NCBI GenBank assembly: GCA_964529805.1
Contig: CAZGZT010000007.1
Location: 556 to 64,555 of the forward strand
Length of the DNA stretch: 64,000 bases
Source: an uncultured Solobacterium sp.
Lineage (GTDB): Bacteria > Bacillota_I > Bacilli_A > Erysipelotrichales > Erysipelotrichaceae
Direction: 5' to 3'
The notes under the pieces are model-generated. The model did not search any database, was not told the origin of the DNA, and saw nothing but the letters and a program-made list of their open reading frames with translations. A program made the translations under genes and the position numbers. Shown here piece by piece: positions 58,112 through 64,000 of this stretch (position 1 is the stretch's first letter; each line of letters starts with the position of its first letter).

Positions 58112-59870
58112 AGTTATCAAACTGCAGCTGATACAGCTTCCAGTAGTAGCCCCTGTTCTTCAGCAGTTCCTGATGATTGCCTCTTTCTACGATCTCGCCA
58201 TTCTGTAGCACGATGATCTGATCGGCATGCTGAATGGTAGACAGTCTGTGCGCCACTACCAGCATTGTTCCGATGGACTTCATCTTTTCCAGCGACTGTT
58301 GAATAAGGACTTCAGTCTCCGTATCGATATTGGCGGTCGCTTCATCCAGGATCAGGATCTGCGGTTTATGAATGACTGTTCTGGCAAACGACAGGAGTTG
58401 TCTCTGGCCTTGGGAGAGGTTTTCTCCCTTTTCGATCAGTTCTTCATTGATGCCTTTAGGAAGCTTGGAAATGAAGCTGTCCGCATTGACATAACGGCAG
58501 GCTTCCATGATTTCTTCTTCTGTAAAGGATGGATCGTGCAAAGTGACGTTATCCGCAATCGTACCTGAAAACAGGAAGACATCCTGAAGCATCTGCCCGA
58601 TGGCCTTTCTTAAGGAAGAAATCTTGATGTCGTTGATGTTGATTCCGTCAATCAGGATCTCGCCCTTCTGTACCTCATAGTTTCTAACAATCAGGGAAAG
58701 GATGGTCGTCTTTCCTGCACCTGTAGCTCCTACAAAGGCACAGGTCTTTTTCGGTTCGATTACGAAGGATACATCTTTCAGGATCCAGTTCTCATCCGTA
58801 TAGGCAAACCAGACATTCTTGAATTCGATTTTTCCTTCAAAGTGTTCGATCTCCAGTGCATCCGGTTTATCCAGTACATCCGGCTTGACATCCAGTAGGT
58901 TGAAGATCCTTTCAGATGCCGTCAGAGCCTTCTGCAGTGCATTGAGCTGGTCAGCCAGATTCTGGATCGGGTTAAAGAACTTGGAGAGATACAGATAGAA
59001 AGCTACGATCTCCCCGGCTGTCAGCCCGTAACGGATACCCTGTATGAAGCACAGAGCGACAGCTGCGGTATAGATGAAAGAAATCAGCGGACGGTAGATT
59101 CCAAAGGCTGTAACGACGTTGAAACGCTGTTTCCTCAGCTTTTCATTCTTTTCAGTAAACTGTTCATCCTTGGTCTGTTCCTGGTTGAAGACCTGAGTCA
59201 GCTTCATGCCGGCGAGGTTTTCGGACAGGAAAGTATTCAGATCAGAAATGCAGGCACGTTCCTCACGGAAGTAGCCTCTAACTTTCTTAGAGAACACGTA
59301 AGAAACGATGAAGAGTACGACAATAATTCCCAGCATCGAGACCGACAGCTGTACCGATAACACAAACATGATCACATAAACGCCGATCAGCGTCGTGAGG
59401 TCTCTCAGGATTCTGACCAGAACACCGGTAAACAGATCGGACATGGATGCGGTATAGGAGGTAACTCTGGTAACAAGTGAACCTACAGGCATCTCGTTGA
59501 ACTGGTTCAGAGACATGTTTTCGATGTGCTCGAAGATCTCCTGTCTGAGTCTGTAGATGATACGCTGTCCGCAGTTCTGCAGGATCATGGATTCAATGTA
59601 AAGGAAAGCCTGGTTGATGCACATGATTGCAAAAGACAGCAGCGACAGATTGATGATCAGATGGATGTTGATGTTGTCCTGAACGAGCTCATCGGTGATC
59701 CTGCTGGTGAATAATGGAGAGATCGAATCCAGCACAACGTTCGTAAAAAGCAATACCAAAGACAGGATGAAGCCACCCTTCTCGGAGCTGATATACTTAA
59801 GCGTTCTCTTGATGATGACACTTAAGGGCAGTTTATGGTCGCCTTTTAGTTTTTCCAGTTCCTCATCCAT
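58110..59870 (-). CDS. ABC exporter permease/ATPase, canonical-site subunit of heterodimer 2
   Basis: GATGAGKTT, LSQGQRQL, LILDEATANID, VVAHRLST. Confidence 0.9.
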   Translation of the reverse strand: MDEELEKLKGDHKLPLSVIIKRTLKYISSEKGGFILSLVLLFTNVVLDSISPLFTSRITDELVQDNINIHLIINLSLLSFAIMCINQAFLYIESMILQNCGQRIIYRLRQEIFEHIENMSLNQFNEMPVGSLVTRVTSYTASMSDLFTGVLVRILRDLTTLIGVYVIMFVLSVQLSVSMLGIIVVLFIVSYVFSKKVRGYFREERACISDLNTFLSENLAGMKLTQVFNQEQTKDEQFTEKNEKLRKQRFNVVTAFGIYRPLISFIYTAAVALCFIQGIRYGLTAGEIVAFYLYLSKFFNPIQNLADQLNALQKALTASERIFNLLDVKPDVLDKPDALEIEHFEGKIEFKNVWFAYTDENWILKDVSFVIEPKKTCAFVGATGAGKTTILSLIVRNYEVQKGEILIDGININDIKISSLRKAIGQMLQDVFLFSGTIADNVTLHDPSFTEEEIMEACRYVNADSFISKLPKGINEELIEKGENLSQGQRQLLSFARTVIHKPQILILDEATANIDTETEVLIQQSLEKMKSIGTMLVVAHRLSTIQHADQIIVLQNGEIVERGNHQELLKNRGYYWKLYQLQFDN

Positions 59871-61645
59871 TAGAGTTCACTCTCCAGTTTCTGCAGATAG
59901 ACCATCTTCTGATAGGTCGGTGATGATTTTAAAAGTCTTGTCGGGGTATCGAAAGCTTCGACATTTCCTTCATTCAATACCAGGATCTTGTCCATGTGGG
60001 CAACCGTCGAAACACGGGAAGCGATGATGATCGTCGTCTTTCCCTTGCGTTTCTCGTTGATGTTGTTGAGGATCGTCTCTTCCGTCTTCATGTCGACAGC
60101 GGAAACGGAATCGTCCATGATCATGATCGGAGAATTCTTCATATATGCTCTGGCGATCGAGATCCTCTGCTTCTGACCGCCGGAGAGGGTCACTCCCCTT
60201 TCGCCCGTAACGGTCTCATATCCTTCAGAAAAGCCCTTGATGTTTTCGTCGACATCCGCAAAGACAGCGGCATTGGTGATCTCGTTCATGTCGGCTTTTC
60301 TGTTAGAAAACGAAATATTGTTTCTGATATTGTCCGAGAACAGGAAGTTGTCCTGCGGAACATAGGCGATTGCGTCTCTCAGACTGGTGATGTCAATATC
60401 CATCAGATCGATGTCATCGATGAAGATCGTGCCTTTATCGATGTTGTAAAGTCTTAGCAGCGAGTTGACCAGAGTCGTCTTTCCAGAACCGATCTTTCCG
60501 ACAACACCTACCATCTCGCCCGGCTGTATTTCAAAAGAAACGTGATTCAGGGAATGTGTATTGCCGTCAGGATAGGCAAAAGAGAAATCCTTGAAAGTGA
60601 TCTTGCCCTTGCAGTCTTTTAATACAACGGCATTCTCGCTGTTGTGTATTTCTTCTTCCTGATCCAGGAAAGCATAGATTCTTCCTGCAGAAGTCCTGAA
60701 ACGGGAATACATCTGCAGGATCTGTCCCATGGCTATCATCGGCCAGATCAGGGTATCGACATAACCGACGAAAGTGGTCAGCGTTCCTGCCGTCATTAGG
60801 ATCGTATGGCCAAGCAGTACTACCGGACTTCCTATCGAAGAACGATAAACGAACCAGGCGCCTACACCCATCAGCAGGCTGAGCATGATGCCGATGATCA
60901 TTTCAATGTATACATCAAAACGGATCGACATCTTGACGAAATCAAGGTTGGCCTGTCTGTTGTCTTCCGCTACTTTAGAGAAAGCTTTTAATTCCTGGAT
61001 CTCTTTGACAAAAGCCTTGATGACTCTGATACCGGTAAAGGTCTCATTGGCGAAGTCATACATCCTGTCGAACTGTTTTTGTCTCTCTTCCCATTTCTCG
61101 GACCAGATCTTCTCTACTTTATTTCCCCAGATGACCAGTGCCAGCATCGGTACGATGGCGATGGCGCTCATGACGACATCCATGCGGACCATCTTGTAGA
61201 GACCTACGGCAGACATGAAGAAAGCGTCAACAGCCATAATACTGCCCCAGCCGACGAATTCCTCAATCGCTTCCACATCCGAAGAGAACCAGGACATGAT
61301 CGTACCGCTCTTGTTTTCATGGTAGTAGCGCTGAGAAAGCCTTTCAGCCTTCAGGAACATCTCATGACGGATATCGGCTTCGATCTTGCCTGAAGCACCC
61401 AGAATAAAGAATCTCAAAAATGCCCTGCCGATCAGCAGAACCATGGCAACGACAAACATCTGTCTGATCAGAAAACCGATATCGGCAACAGTGACATCTG
61501 TACGAGTAGAAACGATCTCAACGACCGTACCCAAAAACTCTGGCACATAAGTCTGTGCATAGTCTACTGCTGCGTTAAAGATGATGCCCAGAATAAACAT
61601 CCAGCCATACTTCAGATAGTATTTACCGACACGATTCTTTTTCAT
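59870..61645 (-). CDS. ABC exporter permease/ATPase, degenerate-site subunit of heterodimer 2
   Basis: GKIGSGKTT, LSGGQKQR, Walker B MIMDDSVSAVD, switch loop IIASRVST. Confidence 0.9.
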   Translation of the reverse strand: MKKNRVGKYYLKYGWMFILGIIFNAAVDYAQTYVPEFLGTVVEIVSTRTDVTVADIGFLIRQMFVVAMVLLIGRAFLRFFILGASGKIEADIRHEMFLKAERLSQRYYHENKSGTIMSWFSSDVEAIEEFVGWGSIMAVDAFFMSAVGLYKMVRMDVVMSAIAIVPMLALVIWGNKVEKIWSEKWEERQKQFDRMYDFANETFTGIRVIKAFVKEIQELKAFSKVAEDNRQANLDFVKMSIRFDVYIEMIIGIMLSLLMGVGAWFVYRSSIGSPVVLLGHTILMTAGTLTTFVGYVDTLIWPMIAMGQILQMYSRFRTSAGRIYAFLDQEEEIHNSENAVVLKDCKGKITFKDFSFAYPDGNTHSLNHVSFEIQPGEMVGVVGKIGSGKTTLVNSLLRLYNIDKGTIFIDDIDLMDIDITSLRDAIAYVPQDNFLFSDNIRNNISFSNRKADMNEITNAAVFADVDENIKGFSEGYETVTGERGVTLSGGQKQRISIARAYMKNSPIMIMDDSVSAVDMKTEETILNNINEKRKGKTTIIIASRVSTVAHMDKILVLNEGNVEAFDTPTRLLKSSPTYQKMVYLQKLESEL

Positions 61646-61672
61646 AAAAAAAGCCAGGTTTTCACCTGGCTT
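61646..61672 (-). terminator. rho-independent terminator after the GltD-like gene
   Basis: AAGCCAGGT-GAAA-ACCTGGCTT followed by TTTTTTTATG on the minus strand. Confidence 0.8.
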
Positions 61673-61715
61673 GATTATACCTTGAATATATCCTTATTTC
61701 AACCGAAGCACTATG

Positions 61716-62939
61716 CTACTGTTCTGTTTTTGACATCACGTAAGCATCTATCTGTTCCGCTACGGCTTTCGCTTTTGCCACTGCCGCAACAATGGTGTTT
61801 GCACCGGATACGACATCTCCTGCCGCAAACAGGCCTTCTACCGTTGTCATGCCTGTCTGTTCCGTAATCAGCAGGCCTTTCTCGTTTCCTTTCAGTCCCG
61901 GAGTCGTAAGAATCAGCTTATTCTTAGGTCCCTGAGAAACACAGATGATCACTGAATCGCAGACGACCTGAACAGGTTCTTCCTCATATCCGATCTTATT
62001 CCCTTCCTCATCTCTGATGGCTTTCTTGAATACAGGACCCTGATGATTGATCTCCTGAGTCTCCAGATCGTATTCGAATTCGCATCCATCCAGTCTTGCG
62101 TATTCCTGCTCCGCCTTGGCTGCAGAAAGACGGTTGTTATGAGAATAAATCGTAACATGTTCAACGCCCTGTCTCAAGGCCGTTCTGGCCACATCCATTG
62201 CCGTATTGCCCGTACCGATGATCGCTACGTTGTTTCCCAGATGGAATGCCGAAGGAGATGCCAGATAATCGATGCCGAAGTGAACATTTCCAAGGCTCTC
62301 TCCCTTGACACCGAGTTTCTTCGGTCTCCAGACACCGGTTCCGATAAAGACTGCGCTGTATCCGTCTTCCAGAAGATTGCGGATCTCCAAGGCACCGCCT
62401 ATCGTGGTATTCGGACGGATGGATACACCGATTTCAATCAGCTTTTTCCTGTACCTTTCCATGATCGATTTCGGCAGTCTAAAATCAGGGATGCCGTACT
62501 GCATGACGCCCCCGATCTTGTCCTTGGCTTCAAAGATCGTGACCTTGTATCCTTTTCTCGTCATGATGAAAGCAACCGCAATTCCTGCAGGGCCTGATCC
62601 GATGATGGCGATCATTCTGCCGTTATACGGGGCACATTCGATCTTCATCTTGTCGAAGTAGGTATCGGAAATATAGTGTTCGATATCGCTGATATGAATG
62701 GCTGAGTTCTTCTTCCCCTGAATGCAATGGCCTTCGCACTGATTCGCATGGTTGCATACCAGAGAAGTGACCAGAGACAGAGGGTTGTTGTCGAACAACA
62801 GCTGTCCTGCTTCATTGAGCTTATTCTCTCTGAATAGATGGATCATTTCCGGTATCGGCGTGTTGATTGGACAGCCTTTACGGCAGAACGGGTTCTTGCA
62901 CTGCAGACATCTTTCGGCTTCAGATATTACATAGTTCAT
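61716..62939 (-). CDS. NAD(P)H-dependent FAD/Fe-S oxidoreductase, glutamate synthase small-subunit (GltD)-like
   Basis: N-terminal Cys clusters CLQCKNPFCRKGCP and CNHANQCEGHC. Dinucleotide folds IAIIGSGPAGIA and VAIIGTGNTAMD. Confidence 0.8.
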   Translation of the reverse strand: MNYVISEAERCLQCKNPFCRKGCPINTPIPEMIHLFRENKLNEAGQLLFDNNPLSLVTSLVCNHANQCEGHCIQGKKNSAIHISDIEHYISDTYFDKMKIECAPYNGRMIAIIGSGPAGIAVAFIMTRKGYKVTIFEAKDKIGGVMQYGIPDFRLPKSIMERYRKKLIEIGVSIRPNTTIGGALEIRNLLEDGYSAVFIGTGVWRPKKLGVKGESLGNVHFGIDYLASPSAFHLGNNVAIIGTGNTAMDVARTALRQGVEHVTIYSHNNRLSAAKAEQEYARLDGCEFEYDLETQEINHQGPVFKKAIRDEEGNKIGYEEEPVQVVCDSVIICVSQGPKNKLILTTPGLKGNEKGLLITEQTGMTTVEGLFAAGDVVSGANTIVAAVAKAKAVAEQIDAYVMSKTEQ

Positions 62940-62999
62940 AACTTACCTTCTTTTTTTCTACTTCATTGTAACAAGAAATTCATCTGGTCATTCACTGAA

Positions 63000-64000
63000 T
63001 CAGTTCTCAAACTGTGCATTATACAGCTTGTAGTAGAATCCCTTCTTCTCCATCAGCTGTTCATGGTCGCCTACTTCTACGACATCGCCCTTATCCAGAA
63101 CGATGATGATATCGGCATTACGTATCGTAGAAAGCCTGTGGGCGATGGTGAAGGCTGTCCTTCCTTTTCTTAGTTCTTCCATGGAATCCTGGATCAGCTG
63201 TTCCGTTCTGGTATCGACTGAAGATGTCGCTTCATCCAGAATCAGGATCTTAGGGTTCTTCAGGAAGGCTCTGGCAATCGTCAGCAGCTGTTTCTGACCC
63301 TGGGATATTCCGGATGTATCTTCAGAAATCACGGTGTCATAGCCGTTCTCCAGGGTCTTGATGAATCTGTCAACATGTGCCAGTCTGCAGGCTTCATAGA
63401 TCTCTTCGTCGGTAGCGTCAGGCTTGCCGAAACGGATATTCTCCTTGATCGTTCCGTCAAACAGCCAGGCATCCTGCAGAACCATGCCGAAGATGGACCT
63501 CAGATCCTCTCTGGTGTAGTCCTTGATGTTCTTGTAGTCGACGTAAATGGCACCGCCATTGAGTTCATAGAAACGCATCAGCAGTTTTACCAGTGTAGTC
63601 TTACCTGCACCGGTAGGACCGACAATGGCAACATCCTTTCCCGGAGCCACATACATGGAGAAGTCATTGATGATGATCTTATCCGGATCATAGCCGAATC
63701 TGACGTTCTCAAAAGTAACATTCCCTTCGATCTTCATGTTTCCGTCTGCATCATAAATAGAAACAGGGTCCTTACAGTCGGCTTCTTCTTCCGTCTGATT
63801 CAGCAGATCGAATACTCTCTCCGCTGCTGCAATCATTGTCTGTATCGTATTCATCAGCTGGGCAATGGATGAGATAGGATGCTGCAGCCTTCTGACATAA
63901 GTCGTAAAGGACTGAATATCTCCGATCAGCATTCTCCCACTGATGACTTCAAATCCGCCGACCAGACACACCGCAACATAGCCGATATTCTGCAGGAATC
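63000..64000 (-). CDS. ABC exporter permease/ATPase (canonical-site type), C-terminal part; the gene continues beyond the right edge
   Basis: GPTGAGKTT, ISQGQKQL, LILDEATSSVD, TIAHRLST. The frame stays open from 63971 to 64000. Confidence 0.88.
   Translation of the reverse strand, partial: FLQNIGYVAVCLVGGFEVISGRMLIGDIQSFTTYVRRLQHPISSIAQLMNTIQTMIAAAERVFDLLNQTEEEADCKDPVSIYDADGNMKIEGNVTFENVRFGYDPDKIIINDFSMYVAPGKDVAIVGPTGAGKTTLVKLLMRFYELNGGAIYVDYKNIKDYTREDLRSIFGMVLQDAWLFDGTIKENIRFGKPDATDEEIYEACRLAHVDRFIKTLENGYDTVISEDTSGISQGQKQLLTIARAFLKNPKILILDEATSSVDTRTEQLIQDSMEELRKGRTAFTIAHRLSTIRNADIIIVLDKGDVVEVGDHEQLMEKKGFYYKLYNAQFEN

Overview
This is a 64-kb chromosomal segment of a low-GC Firmicute. A long RpoB, an enlarged Mollicutes-style PotA, Asn at the RpoB rifampicin-pocket His, and a tmRNA tag ending ...TELAFA suggest an Erysipelotrichia-like lineage, but that placement is inference only. 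I recognise 65 protein-coding genes (58 on the minus strand), one tmRNA, one SAM-I riboswitch, one Met T-box and one L10 leader. I found no rRNA, tRNA, CRISPR, transposase, integrase or phage genes. Layout, left to right: 0-1.5 kb holds a HAD hydrolase, an EIIA-like ORF and a divergent GntR regulator. 1.5-6.8 kb is an accessory module with an orphan DUF3800 gene and an OmpR/HK pair followed by a processive GT2 synthase and a small membrane partner. 6.9-15 kb is a beta-glucoside/cellobiose module (MFS, GH1 6-phospho-beta-glucosidase, LicR-type activator, ChbG-like protein, PTS IIA-IIC-IIB). ssrA lies at 15.2-15.6 kb. 15.6-23.5 kb is a nine-gene operon behind a SAM-I riboswitch: a dedicated ECF importer, an M20 dipeptidase, two tandem DUF62 SAM-hydrolase paralogues and three unknown membrane ORFs. 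23.5-26.2 kb is metQNI behind a Met T-box. Next come rpoC-rpoB-methyltransferase-rplL-rplJ, then a potABCD-dtd-DUF951-HAD-surE operon, then trxA, nagB, an aldose epimerase, pduL, smpB, secG and nusG-secE-rpmG. These are followed by pyk, a patatin-like lipase, three heterodimeric ABC-exporter loci and a plus-strand block of envelope-modification genes. The most interesting observations are: (1) the riboswitch-controlled ECF/DUF62 operon and its uncharacterised membrane tail; (2) a GH1 enzyme whose acid/base Glu is Gln, as in myrosinases; (3) a roughly 100-bp repeat family bracketing the two accessory modules beside ssrA; (4) an rplJ reading frame with no stop until inside rplL; (5) an Ig-like tandem insertion inside PotA. 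All calls come from reading the sequence and ORF track by eye; no searches were run. Hand-derived coordinates of non-coding features may be off by 1-2 nt.
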